Source: Blastocladiella emersonii ATCC 22665 (Eukaryota; Fungi; Blastocladiomycota). From it: DNA of 64,000 nt. Every line of letters starts with the position of its first letter. Within the stretch, counting starts at the first letter, position 1. The notes beneath the pieces were generated by a model that saw only the letters and a list, made by a program, of their open reading frames with translations, made no database searches and was not told where the DNA came from. Below are positions 1-11,600 of the stretch, piece by piece. Location of the stretch: the NCBI GenBank assembly GCA_025594325.1, contig JANHCV010000014.1:1190857-1254856 (forward strand), written 5' to 3'. A program made the translations under genes and the position numbers.

Positions 1-1437
1 CACCCTGGCGGGTACGCGCACGGCTTCACCGATTACACGAGCGACGACGATGATGCCGTCAGCGACCTTCCGGGTCTCGATATCGACGAGTCGACGCTTA
101 CGCCCGAGCGCTACCGTGCTCCGAGTCGTGGCGAGGGGCCAGTCGCGCCGAAATCCGTGGCTTCGACCCCTGCTCAACCGCTCTCAACCGCTGCTGACCA
201 AGCCCGTCCCCCGCGCCGTGCAGCTGCCATCGCAAACACGCTCGTCACCAATGTCCGTGCACAGTTCGCGGGCGACTTTGCCGACGACACGTCGAACTTC
301 TCGCCGCCCGCCGCCGCCGGCCCAAACGGCCGCCGCCGAAAGCGGCGCGACCTGTACAACACGCTTTCGCGCGCCATGGAGACGATGATGCGGCGTGACT
401 CGTACGGCTTCTTTACCGCGCCCGTCAACGCGTCCGAGGTCCCCGAGTATCTGACCATCATCGAGCAGCCCATGGATCTCGGCACCATGCGCGATAAGAT
501 CCGCGCGCGCCTTTACACGTCGCTTGACCAGTTTGAGGCCGACTTCCGCCTCGTTGTCGACAACTGCAAGACGTTCAACGCGCCCGACTCGGTGTACTGG
601 AAGGCCGCCGACAAGCTCGACGCGTGGGGCTCGCCGTGGTTTGCGAAAGAGGCGACGTACGAGCACACGATTGACGAGCACGGTACCACCACCGGCGTCG
701 CCGCAGCCCGTATCGCGGCGATCGGCAGCAACTCGCCGAGCGGATCTTCGCTCAGCAAACGGTCTTCCGCTCGGTTACGCTCTCAAAACGTGGCCACCGC
801 GTCGTCTCCCGCCCCCGATGCCGCCACACCCAGCGATACCTTCCGCGGGATCCCGGCCGACGAATGGAAACCGCGCACGGCCGAGCTCTCGCTCGATCCG
901 CCGTACCACTTTGCCGCGGACGGAAGCTGGCTGCCGACCGACGCTCCGCCGCACCCGCTTCCCGTCGCGACCCCGCGGGGCGGCGGCGGCGTCCCGCGCG
1001 GCTTCCCACCGCTACTTCAACCCGCGGTTGCCACGACACCGGCTCCCGCCGCCGCGCCCGCCTCGCTCACCGACTTTGGCACCTTTGCCTACTCGTCCAC
1101 GACGCCCATTGACCGCGACCCGGCCACGTTCCGCGCCAAGGACGCACCGCTCGCGCGGCTGCAAGCAGCCGTGTGGGGCGGCCCACTCGGCGCCGCGTAC
1201 GCGGCCTCGCTTGCCCAGTTCGTCACGGGCTTGCCGGCGCCCGTCAACCAGTGGGCTTGGGCCCGCATGGAGGCGCTCAGTTTGAACTCGGCCTCGGTGG
1301 CGGCGTTCGCGGCGGCACGGGCGGTTGGAGCGCGGGTCCCTGATTACGTCCTTGACGCCGAGGGTGGTGGGGATACGGCCGAGGAGATGGACGTGGACCA
1401 CGACGACGACGACGACGCCGAGGACGAGTGGGAATAG
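1..1437 (+). CDS. Bromodomain protein, BRD7/BRD9-like (5' end lies outside the window)
   Basis: Frame 1 is open from base 1 (HPGGYAHGFTDY...) to TAG at 1437. Bromodomain motifs: GFFTAPVN...PEYLTIIEQPMDLGTM...DFRLVVDNCKTFNAPDSVYWKAA. The C-terminal DFGTFA...GAAYAASLAQFV segment is reminiscent of the BRD7/9 C-terminal region. Confidence 0.85.
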   Translation, partial: HPGGYAHGFTDYTSDDDDAVSDLPGLDIDESTLTPERYRAPSRGEGPVAPKSVASTPAQPLSTAADQARPPRRAAAIANTLVTNVRAQFAGDFADDTSNFSPPAAAGPNGRRRKRRDLYNTLSRAMETMMRRDSYGFFTAPVNASEVPEYLTIIEQPMDLGTMRDKIRARLYTSLDQFEADFRLVVDNCKTFNAPDSVYWKAADKLDAWGSPWFAKEATYEHTIDEHGTTTGVAAARIAAIGSNSPSGSSLSKRSSARLRSQNVATASSPAPDAATPSDTFRGIPADEWKPRTAELSLDPPYHFAADGSWLPTDAPPHPLPVATPRGGGGVPRGFPPLLQPAVATTPAPAAAPASLTDFGTFAYSSTTPIDRDPATFRAKDAPLARLQAAVWGGPLGAAYAASLAQFVTGLPAPVNQWAWARMEALSLNSASVAAFAAARAVGARVPDYVLDAEGGGDTAEEMDVDHDDDDDAEDEWE

Positions 1438-1660
1438 TAGTAGCCAAACCGTGTGCGAGACGTAAGAATGGATATCTGTCTTCATTTCTAGCTCCTGGCG
1501 GCGATGGGCCCTGAGGCCTGGCGACGAGTATTCTTCCACAGAGACGAGCAGCTCGCGGGTCGTGGAAGGCCCGACAGCGACAAAGACGGAGAATGTTAAG
1601 GATGATTCAGATGGCTTCTAGCAAAAGGGGGAATGCACAACAAAATGATAGACTCGAGTC

Positions 1661-3631
1661 CTAGTCGGACTTGACCTTGACAGCCGCCGCCGCATCCGCG
1701 GTAGCGGCGTTGCGAGCGGCGATCGCGGACAGCGTGCGCGGTGCGCCGCGCAGCTCGTACCAGCACAGCGGGCCGATGACGTTGACGGCCTTAGCCATGA
1801 CGCGCGCCTGGCGCCAGAGGGTGCGCGGGAGGGCCCAGATCGGCTCGCTGCGCAGGAGGTGCCAGGCGCCGTAGGCGGCGACCTGGAAGAAGTGGCGGAC
1901 GAGGAGCAGCGGCTCGGGCGAGAGGCAGGCGAGGAGGCGGACGGGCGCAGCGGTGCACTCGCCGCCGAGGCGCAGGTAGTCGAAGGTGGCGCGGCGCAGG
2001 TAGCCCATGATGCGGTCGTCGCCGGCCGAGAAGAGCGAGTAGAGGGCGTTGGCGAGGATGTTGATGACGGACGACAGGCGCTTGCGCTCCCAGTACCACG
2101 AGGCGAGGGCGGCGCGGAAGGCCGCGTTGTGGGCCGGGGCAAAGGTCGGGAAGTCGGCCTTGTTGAGCAGGCGGCGCAGGATGACCACGTCGTTGAGCGC
2201 GACCGACATGCCGCCGCCGGTCAGCGGGTGGCGCATGTTGTGGGCGTCGCCGAGGAGGAGCAGGCCGGGGGTGTCGCCCTGGCGCGAGGGCGGGAGGTAC
2301 GGGTTGGGCATGATGCGCAGGCGCTGCGACTCGAGGGCGGCAAAGAAGGCGGGCTGGACCGAGGCGGGGAGCTGCGGTGCGACGTGCGAGCGGAGGTAGT
2401 CGGAGAGCTCGCCGTTGCGGTTGGAGGGCAGCTTGGATCCGGGCACGTCGACGAGGATGCGGGTGTCGTGAGTGCCAATCTGGTAGAGGAGGATGGGCGA
2501 GGGGTCGGCGAGCACGACGTGGCCGTGGTTGGGAGCCGGGAGGGGCACGTCGTGCAGGATCAGGCCGACAAAGTGCGAGGGCGCCTGCATGGCGGTGCCG
2601 AGGGCCTCCTTGCGGAACTTTGAGAAGCAGCCGTCGGCGACGACGGTGAGCGGGGCGAGGAACTCGAGGTGGCGCTCGGTGGCGGCGGCAGCGGGTGCCG
2701 GTTCAGAGTCGGACGAGGCGGGCGTAGAGGAGGTGCCGCGGGCGATGGCGTGGACGCCCAGGATGCGGGGCTCGGTGAGGTCGCGGATCAGGTCGGTGGC
2801 GGTGGCCTGGACGACGGAGATGTTGGGGTGTTCGAGGCACTTGCGGCGCAGGTTCATGATGAAGCGGCCGTGGTGGAACGACTTGCCGCGCGCGGGGAGG
2901 GGATCCGCGGAGCCAGATGGGGAGGCGGCGGCAGCGCTCGGCAGGTCCGGGTAAACGAGGTGGCACGTCTCGTCCTTGTCGACGACGACGTAGCCGTGCA
3001 CGTCGATGGCGTCCATGTTGTCGAGGGTGTCGGCGAGGCCGAGCTTCTCGAGGGCGAGACAGCCGCCGGGCTGCATGAGCTCGCCGACGATGCGGTCGGG
3101 CTCGGAGAGGTCGCGCTCTGTGAGGCGGGCGGGGGTCGGCGGTTAGCAACTGGCTTGTCCGAGAGGCGATCCGCGAGACGCGACGCGATATCGCGTGACC
3201 GCGGGCGTCGAAGCGGGCCACGTGGGCGGAGACGCGTCGCGCCGAGCGATCGGCGGCCGGGGCAGAGGCGATGCGGCGTGCCGTGCATCGCATCCAGCGC
3301 AGGCGAGGTCCACGCGCACGCAGGACCCCGTACCTGCGACCTCGCTCAGGAGTGCAACCACCCACGGTCAGCGATCAGTCAGTGGAGGAGGAGCGTACCA
3401 AGGAGCGCGACGTTGCGGCCGTCCTCTGCGAGCGCGTAGGCGAGGGCGGATCCGGCGACGCCGGCGCCGACAATGACCACGTCGTGAGACGACTAGCGGC
3501 GGAGCGCGCGGATCAGGGCGAGATACGCGATCAGGAGCGAGGCAAAGCGGGCGTGAGCGCTACGGCAAGGATCAGAGCTACGGGTAGACGCGTACGGCGT
3601 GGTACTCGGGCGTAGTTGCGGTCGGTGCCAT
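1661..3631 (-). CDS. ERG1: Squalene epoxidase (squalene monooxygenase), 3 exons
   Basis: Exons 3631-3596, 3492-3399 and 3117-1661, joined by GT..AG introns 3595-3493 and 3398-3118. This gives MAPTATTPEYHASSHDVVIVGAGVAGSALA (FAD-binding GxGxxG), then ERDLSEPDRIVGELMQPGG, VVADGCFSKFR and GDAHNMRHPLTGGGM, all diagnostic of squalene epoxidase. Confidence 0.96.
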
Positions 3632-4851
3632 GGCGAGTGGGTGGTGATAGTGGGTTTCGGGTCGGTTGAGCAGAGGAGCGAGTCGGTCGAGTCGGCAAGT
3701 CGGTGCAGTGGGTGAGGGAGGTTGCGCGAGGCGAGGAGCGAGAGGGATCGCCGAGAAGGTTGTTGGACTTGTCGGCGGGGGAGGGAGGAGAGCGCGGGAG
3801 CGGCGACGGGCGGCGGCGCGGGGGAGGATGAGAGCGGGATTCACGTGTGCGCGCGTCGAGCGCCAGAGCGCCACAGCGGCAAACTCAACTCATTTTTCGA
3901 GTTGGCGGCGGCGATGGCGGCGGGGTCGAATCAGGGTCGGATCCGGCGACGGAGAACAGGTCGAAGGTGCGCGAGGGTGACGCGCGGCGCGTCAGGGCGC
4001 GTCACGGCGCGCCGGCAGCCGCGTCAAAGGGGCACTCGACACGCGTGGGAGCGCGCCCGCCGCGCCCTGCCATCAAAGCTAAACGCTGCTCGGCTCTGCT
4101 CGGGAACGCAGGGGCAGAGGGGAGGCGAGCGACCAGCGGCCAGCGCAGCGACCAGCGCGGATTCGGCGGCAGCCGTGGCCGGCGTGGCGCAGCTGACTCT
4201 CGCCCGCCGCTCCCGCTCCCGCCAGCGCTCCCGCACCGCCCAATGCTGCTTCTCCACCGCCCTCCCTCCACCCACCCTCCCACCGCCCAGCACTCCCCTC
4301 CTCTCTCGGTGCATCGCGAGCGCAAGTGCCAACCACCCCCGACTCCTAGCTGAGGTGCGTCCGCCCCGCCCCGCCCCCAACTCGCTCGCCGGCGCGCCCG
4401 CGGATGGATGGAACGCCGACATGGACTGGGCCTGCCCCCGAGCGCGCGGCTCGATGACTGTTGCTCGCTCGCTGCGGCCGCGCCCCAGCCTTGGCGCGCG
4501 CCTTGTTCAGTCGACCTGGGCGCCCGCCGTGGCCTTGGCGGTGACTGCGATGCCCGTCGCCAACCATCTGCTGCGTGGTGCCCGCCCTGCCGCCGCCGCC
4601 CGCTTCTCACCCCACGCGCGCGCGCCCGCCCACCACTGACGCGCTTCGCCCCTCCCTCCCGCTTGTAGCTGCTCCTCTCCCCTCCCGCACTGCTGCTCTG
4701 CTCTGCCCTGCACTCCTCTCGTCCATTGATTGATTGCACACGTCTCGTCTCTTGTTTCGTGTCGACTGCTCGGTTCCACGCGCGCCAACTCTCGCTCGCC
4801 CCTCCTCCCCCACTCCCCGCGCCGATCATCACTCGCCGTATCACCCCCACC
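3632..4851. promoter_or_regulatory. Divergent intergenic region (putative bidirectional promoter) between ERG1 and the desaturase
   Basis: The two ATGs face away from each other, about 1.2 kb apart. No specific motif was identified. Confidence 0.4.
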
Positions 4852-6303
4852 ATGACCGCGCTCGACGTCTCCACCGCCGATCGCGTCGTCGCCGACACGG
4901 CCACCACCGAGTCCAGATCCGGCCCCGCCGAGTCCTTCATTGCACACACCCCCGACACGCTCTACGCCCGCATCCACGGCAAGTGGTACGACCTGCGCGA
5001 GTTCCGCGACCGCCACCCCGGCGGGCCCGTCGCCATCGGCCTCGTCTCGGGCCGCGACGCCACGGTCCTCTTCGAGTCCTACCACCCCTTTGCCAGCCCG
5101 ACCGCCATGGCCGCCACCCTCAAGCGCTACCTCGTCGCCGACGCCGACGCCGCCCGCCTCCGCACCATCGAGGAGGAGGCCGGCCTGCCGCCCGTCGACG
5201 ACCTCTTCGACTGGCCCGAGGGCGGCTCGCCGTTCGCCCGCGACCTCAAGGCCGCCGTCCGCGACTACTTTGACGCCGAGGCCAAGCGCCGCGGCGTGTC
5301 CTTCCGCCAGGCCATGAAGGGCACCCCGCTCCGCCACGTGCACCTGGCGCTCCTCGCCGCCACCACCATCGCCTCGATCGCCTTCATGGTCCGCGGCTCG
5401 GTCCTCGCCATGTTCGTGACCCCGCTCGCCGCCTGGATCACCGCCGCCAACGTGTTCCACGACGCGTCGCACTTTGCCCTCGCCAAGTCGCCCCTCGTCA
5501 ACTGGCTTGCCTCCTACGGCTTCCCCTACTTCTCCTCGCCCACCACCTGGGGCCTCCAGCACATCATCGGCCACCACGCCTACCCGAACCTCGCCTACCT
5601 CGACCCCGACGTCGCCCACACCCGCCACCTGCGCCGCGACCACCCGAAATTCCCCTGGGCCGAGCCCCACCGCGAGCAGGGAAAGTGGTACCGCATGGCG
5701 CCCCACATCTTCCTCGCCACCACCTTCGGCATGAACATCTCCAACGAGGTCGAGACTGCCGTCGCCGACAGCTACAACGACGCGGTCCCCGTCGGCCCGC
5801 GCACCCTGCTCCGCAACCTCGTCCACTTTGCCGGCCGCGCCCTCACCATCACCACCATGCTCGGCTGGCCCTTCCTCGCCCTGCCCAACGAGTCGGTCGG
5901 CCTGCGCCTCGCCTTTGCCCTCGTGCCCTCCTTCCTCTTCTCGTTCCTCTTCATGGTCAACACCCAGGTCAACCACCTCACCCCGGACCACATTGACGCC
6001 TACTCGCGCGACTGGTTCAAGCACCAGGTCATCACCGCCCAGAACTTTGGCCCCGGCTCCGCCTTCCACTTCTGGATGTCGGGCGGCCTCAACCACCAGC
6101 TCGAGCACCACCTCTTCCCCGGCATCAACCACATCCACCTGCGCGCCCTCCAGCCCCGCGTCCTCGACATCTGCCGCAAGCACGGCGTCAAGTACACCAT
6201 GGCCTCGGGCTACGTCGAGGCCGTCAAGAACTACATGGCCCACACCTTCAACATGGCCGTGCAGCCAAAGGACATGGTCGACGCCAAGCTCAAGGCCGAG
6301 TAA
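4852..6303 (+). CDS. Cytochrome b5-fused front-end fatty acid desaturase, delta-5-like
   Basis: ATG at 4852, intronless, strong C-ending codon bias. N-terminal b5 domain with HPGG. Histidine boxes HDASH, QHIIGHH and QLEHHLFP; the Q-substituted third box is typical of front-end desaturases. Confidence 0.92.
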   Translation: MTALDVSTADRVVADTATTESRSGPAESFIAHTPDTLYARIHGKWYDLREFRDRHPGGPVAIGLVSGRDATVLFESYHPFASPTAMAATLKRYLVADADAARLRTIEEEAGLPPVDDLFDWPEGGSPFARDLKAAVRDYFDAEAKRRGVSFRQAMKGTPLRHVHLALLAATTIASIAFMVRGSVLAMFVTPLAAWITAANVFHDASHFALAKSPLVNWLASYGFPYFSSPTTWGLQHIIGHHAYPNLAYLDPDVAHTRHLRRDHPKFPWAEPHREQGKWYRMAPHIFLATTFGMNISNEVETAVADSYNDAVPVGPRTLLRNLVHFAGRALTITTMLGWPFLALPNESVGLRLAFALVPSFLFSFLFMVNTQVNHLTPDHIDAYSRDWFKHQVITAQNFGPGSAFHFWMSGGLNHQLEHHLFPGINHIHLRALQPRVLDICRKHGVKYTMASGYVEAVKNYMAHTFNMAVQPKDMVDAKLKAE

Positions 6304-6529
6304 GCGTGCCCCCCGCGTGTGTCCTCGCACCCTCCTCATCTACCCTACCCCTCGTCCTCGCACCTCTGTCGTCGCGCGCGCGCTAGTCGCACGCAGTTTT
6401 GGCCAATCCCCTCCCCCCTTCGCCACCCTGCCTGCCTCTCTCGGCCCCGATCTGTCACGCACATTTTACTTTTCTACATAGAGACCTGACCCATTGTTTG
6501 CACACACACACTCTCCTTCGTTCGTCACC

Positions 6530-7375
6530 TCACAGTCCACCACCACCTCGTGCCCACCCGTCCCGGCCGGGCGCGTCGCCGCCAACCCGCGGGGCCCGCG
6601 TCGGTGCCTGCGTGGCCAGCACGCCGAGCGCCTTGAGCTGGAGTCGCTGCAGCTCGGCAACGTGGTCCAGGAGCTCGGCGTTCAGCGTCGCCGCCTCGGT
6701 GAGCCCTGGTGCGCGCGGTGAGGTGGCGGCCGACGCGTACATCTCGAGGTCGTGAAGCGTCATGGTCAGCGGCGTGATCCCCGGCATCGCGCTGGGCAGC
6801 CGAGGCGCGCGGTGCGGGTGGTCGCTCGGGTTTGGGTGTGGGATGGTGAGGGTAGGCGGGCGCGGGGCGCGATCTTTGACGGCTTCTGCACGGCTTGTTC
6901 TTTTCGATGGAGAGGTCGCGAGGATACTCTGCTCGAGGCCCGCGGCCGCTTCGAGTACGCCGAGCCGACTCTGCGCGAGCTGCAGCTGGCCTTCAGCCCG
7001 CTCACGCGCCTGGACCTCGCGCTCGTACTTGAGCTTGAGCTCGTGGAACTCGTCCACTGCCTTGCGGACGGCTGGCCGGGTATGGAGGTCAGTAAGTGCC
7101 CAGGCGACCTTGCTCGCACACGCGTGCGTACCTGTCGAGATCCGCTGGAACATTTCCTCCTTAGACCGGAGCCGGTCCGTAAGCCGCTCATTGTCCAGGC
7201 GCAGTGTAGCGACCTCATTCTGAAGCGCTTCGCACTTGGCGGCGCTCCCGGCCGCGGCCTCCTGGAAGGCAGAGCTCCGCTCGTACGCGGCACTCGAAGC
7301 GCGCTGCAGCGCCTCGAGCGTCTTGACCAGGCGCCGGTTCTCCTCCTCGAGCTGGGCCAAGGTGTGATGGCTCAT
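6530..7375 (-). CDS. Hypothetical coiled-coil protein, with a probable 60-nt in-frame intron at 7131-7072
   Basis: 281-aa ORF with heptad-rich E/L/R/Q segments. The internal sequence GTACGC...TACTGAC...CCAG has donor, branch and acceptor signals. Confidence 0.65.
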   Translation of the reverse strand: MSHHTLAQLEEENRRLVKTLEALQRASSAAYERSSAFQEAAAGSAAKCEALQNEVATLRLDNERLTDRLRSKEEMFQRISTGTHACASKVAWALTDLHTRPAVRKAVDEFHELKLKYEREVQARERAEGQLQLAQSRLGVLEAAAGLEQSILATSPSKRTSRAEAVKDRAPRPPTLTIPHPNPSDHPHRAPRLPSAMPGITPLTMTLHDLEMYASAATSPRAPGLTEAATLNAELLDHVAELQRLQLKALGVLATQAPTRAPRVGGDAPGRDGWARGGGGL

Positions 7376-7652
7376 GTTGTTCTCATGTGTTTATCATCTA
7401 GTGCAAGCTCGATCAGGGAGGGAATGCAGCGCGCGAACTGCCTCCGCGGAGCTGCGAGACACGCGAGACAGTCGCGTGTGGCCGTCACCTGATCGCGGCG
7501 CTCCACGCGTCGCGTCGCGTCGCGTCGCGCGCTCGCGCACCTCCCGTCGCTGCCAAGTCTCGATCACGCATCAAAGCTTCTCGCACAACCACTACCACTC
7601 CACGCAAAGCTCATGTAAACTGCCGACGGACCGGCTCACGCGCCACCTCAAC

Positions 7653-8468
7653 ATGCCAGCCCCTGCTCCCGCGCCAGCCCCCGCGGCGCCGTCAGACTTG
7701 AAGATCATCCTGCTGGGCGATTCCGCCGTGGGCAAAAGCAAGCTCATGGAGCGATTTCTCGTCTCCGGCTACTCGCACGTCACGTCGTCGAGTACGGACC
7801 GCCAGTGACCTGGAGCGTGGGAGCCCGCCAGCGACGCGGCGCTGACCATGCTGCACCCACTCGTAGCGTATGCGCTCAGTCTATTCAAGTACACGACAAC
7901 GCATCCTGCAACGGGGAAGCCGCTCAACATCGACTTTTTCGACACGGCCGGTCAGGAGCGGTTCGCCAGCATGCACGCGAGCTACTACCACGGTTCGTAC
8001 ACCCACCTCCCTCGCGCACGCTGAGACCCGATAAACTGACCCGATTGCTTGGCTGTTACATCTAGGGGCCCACGCCTGCCTGCTCGTGTTCGACCTGATG
8101 CGGAAAGTGACGTACAAGAACCTCGAGAACTGGTACCACGAGCTCCGGCAATACCGCCCATCCATCCCCGTCATCATCCTCGCCAACAAGGTCGACGCGC
8201 AGCCCGAGATGGCCAAGCGCGACTTCAAGTTTGCCGTGGACAACGGCCTCGACCTCAAGTTCGTCAGCGCAAGGTACGCCTTCCTTCCTTCTTGAGTTCG
8301 CTGCTCAAGCACGTCACTGACGCTGCGCTACGATACAATAGTGACGGAACAAACGTCGTGGAAGCGTTCCAGGACATCATCCAGCGCGCGGTCGCGTACA
8401 AGGAGAGCGACCAGCGCGACTTCATGGACGACGTCCTGGAACTGATCCGCGACGACGCGCCCCATTGA
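7653..8468 (+). CDS. RABL2: Rab-like GTPase 2 (IFT-associated), 4 exons
   Basis: Introns 7792-7866, 7993-8065 and 8274-8341 give KIILLGDSAVGKSKLMERFL, STYALSLF, DFFDTAGQERFASMHASYYHGAHAC, ANKVD, FVSASDGTNVV and DFMDDVLELI. These match RABL2 signatures, and there is no C-terminal prenylation cysteine. Confidence 0.9.
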
Positions 8469-8619
8469 GGGCAGCCGGAATATACCAACTTCTGCGACGT
8501 GCGCGCCTAGTTCCCAATTCAAGCCATGACATGGGTAACGGAGAAATCAAACGTTCATTGTGTAAATCGATAGCCCCGCTCAAGGACGTCCGCAACGTGG
8601 CTGCTCGACGCGCAAGCAC

Positions 8620-11600
8620 CTACGACGCGCCATTGGACCCGTTTTCAGGCTTCACACGCGGGACGTTTCGAAGGTCGAGGCGATCAAAGAAGCCCTCGAT
8701 GATCTTGCGCGCGCTGAAGCGGTAGCTGAGGTTGCTCAGGATCGTGCTGACGTGCAGGTACAGCGTCCCGCTCTGGAAGTGGCGCGCATGCTGCTTGCGC
8801 AGGCTACAGTCGGGAGTTTGGGTTAGCGCCACGCGGAGATCTCACCAAGGACGACGAGAGTTGCGCGTACCGAGAGAGGGTCTGGAGGTTCATGTTGATG
8901 AGGACATGGTTACACACATTGGACACGGCGTCGAGGATCTCGCGCGACACGGGGTCCAGGAGGGCGACGTCGAGGAGATCGCTGGGCGCGCTCTGGATCA
9001 CTGGCTCGGAACCCTTGTAGTGCCAGTCGGGGAGCAGCAAGAGATCGTCGAGATCGTCGGGGAGGCAGAACCCGTGCTCTGCGTCGCATTCCCAGCCGTG
9101 AAGATCAAGGACGTCGCGGCCGCGGGCCGTCTTGGCCACGAGACCCAGAGCAAAGAACGCTGTTCCGCGCACCGACAAGACGGGGCATCGGCTCGCAACG
9201 TCACAAACGGCATCGATGACGTAGATCTCCTCCAGGTAGATGATCCCCGCCTTGGTGCAACCCACATGGCCGATCGCCCATAGAATGGCCTTGAGGTGAA
9301 CGGGATCCTCCTCCGCGAGCGAGGACCACTGCCGGAGCTGAGCGCAAAGGTCGCTGAAGTGGCCCTCGTCACACAGCATCCGGCATCCCTCGGGGGTCTT
9401 GGCGAGCTCGCCAAAGAAATGCGGAAGGGTCCACCCATCATCTCTAAGGGAAAAAGAGATTTGGTCAGATTTGGTCAAGCGAGCATGTGTCGCGTGAATC
9501 GGGTGAGGAAATTGGCGTACCCGTCGTCGCCGTGGAAGAGAATGTCCTCGTACTTGCCCCGCTCGAAAGGAGACGAGTTGCGCAAAGTCTTGGCAACCGA
9601 GCGGTAGTAGGAGGTCTCCATTCGCTCAACGTAATGTCGATAACCACCCTACCAGAGACAAAGAGTCAATGGATACGTCTGATGGGGTTGTGCCAAGTAT
9701 CCGTACCGTGCACCACCTGCGATACTCGCGGTCAACGTATCCCGTCGATTTGAGGTACAGGAAGCCCTCGGATGTCGACAAGAGTCGCAGGAAGAGCGGG
9801 TTCCCAGTCTCGCCCAAGTGATCAAGCGTTGGACTGAGTTTCACGAGGGCCGCCTTGATTAGCTCATTGGCACAGGCTGCGTCAAGGATGGTCACGGCGA
9901 TTCGGTGGACCTGGACCGACGGGTCGTAGAGCTGGGTCGCAAGCAGCGGGACGATCCATTCAATGGACTCGGGCGCCGGCGTTCCCTTGAGCAAAGTTCC
10001 CAAGTGGCAAGTCGCGAACATGCGCACGTCGGGAAGGCCGCAGGTGAGAAATTTGGACAGCAGGTTTCGGCAGTGGCCCTCTCTAGAAGCGCGGTAAGAA
10101 ATAGGCAAAATGTGCGTTAGTCGATAGAGTGCTGGTAAAATTCCCAAACGTACTTGGAATAGTCAAGGGACACGATGAGGACACGCATAATGTCGGGGCG
10201 GGCCGTGATCTCGCTCAGGTGGTAAAAGAGGGTGAAGAACCGGAAATGGCCGAGGAGGAACACGCCGGCATCGTGTTTGGCCATGGAACCGACCATGGTG
10301 AAGTATCCCATGGTCAGCGTCTTCTCCAGCCGACTGACAGCCAGCATTTGGTGGGAGCTCGAGCCCTCGCGGTTCTACACATTGTGGCTGTGAGGATACA
10401 CGCCGGCAAGAGGCGTGACCGACTCGGCCGGGCTTGGCTATCGGCTCACACCACCGAGTATTGTGAAAACGCACCGGATCCAGCCCTGCAAGCGCAGAGG
10501 CGATGTCATGGAGCAGCATATTGTCCTGGAGGAACCGCACGCCCTCAGCAGACACGAGTAAGCAGGTTACGAGAAGGGCACCAATCTTGATGAAACGGAC
10601 GTTGGCCTTGTTGATGGGCAAATCGCAGAAGAGTCGCTTCGATGGTCGGTAGAAGCTGCAGAGCCGCTTAAAGAATTTGGTCGTGCGCAGCGTCTCCTCA
10701 AGCCGCCGAGGCGCGAGGAGCGGACCCTGGAGTAGCTCGCACACGATCGCCCAATCCCACTTGGTGTACTCGCGGGACTTGGCGCCAAACACTCCGCTGT
10801 CCTGGAGCATCACGCGAAACTGCGAGTCCTCCATGGCGAGCCCCATCTGTACCTTGACCTGGTCAGTCCGGTATTTTGACGGCCGGGGGATCGCGTCAAT
10901 GCCGCCGGAATCATCGATGTGCGCGAGAGCTGTAATGGCACGGTGGCGGACCTGCTCCTGCTGCCTGAACTGAGAGGCAAGATCGAAGAGGCCAGGAAGC
11001 GATTGAACCTCGACGGCGAGGTGTTCGGGAAGGAGCTGATTGCACAGGTCGATCAGGTAGCCAATGAGAGACGTGGCTCGGTCAACCACTTCGGCCGACG
11101 AAGATCCGATGAGGTCAATCAGCGCTTCAAAGAGGCCGGACTTGACGAACACCAGCAGTTGGAGCGCCATGTAATGGCCCGCAAGATCGAGCCGTTCCGA
11201 CTTGGTCATGTAGTCCTTGGGTTCGTCGACGCGGAAGAGCGCGTGGAGCAGCTTCAGAACAGAGAGCTACATAGGAAATGACGAAGGTGAGATGACAGGT
11301 ACTATCATCCTTCGTGAAATAAAATCGAACCCTAATCTCGTCCATAGGGATCCGAAGCGAGCCGATGATTGAGCGGATGACGCGACGATCGCTCTGGGAC
11401 AAGTAGAGCAGACCAGTCCAGTGCCGAAGTAGGGCGAGAATGGCGCGGGAGGCGGCGGCAAGCTTCTCGTTGAAGGACGGGCCTTTGCTATACGCATCCG
11501 AAAAGACTGCTGAGACAGTCTAAAGGCAGGCAGGATCGGGCGCGAATGCAACGTTAGCCCAATGTCGTGCCTGAGTGCAGTAATCAGAAGCGCACAGTAC

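Noticed and set aside
4507-6339. 610-aa antisense ORF over the desaturase, and similar shadow ORFs over ERG1 and the RT
   Set aside because: These are an expected by-product of extreme GC3 bias on the real coding strand.
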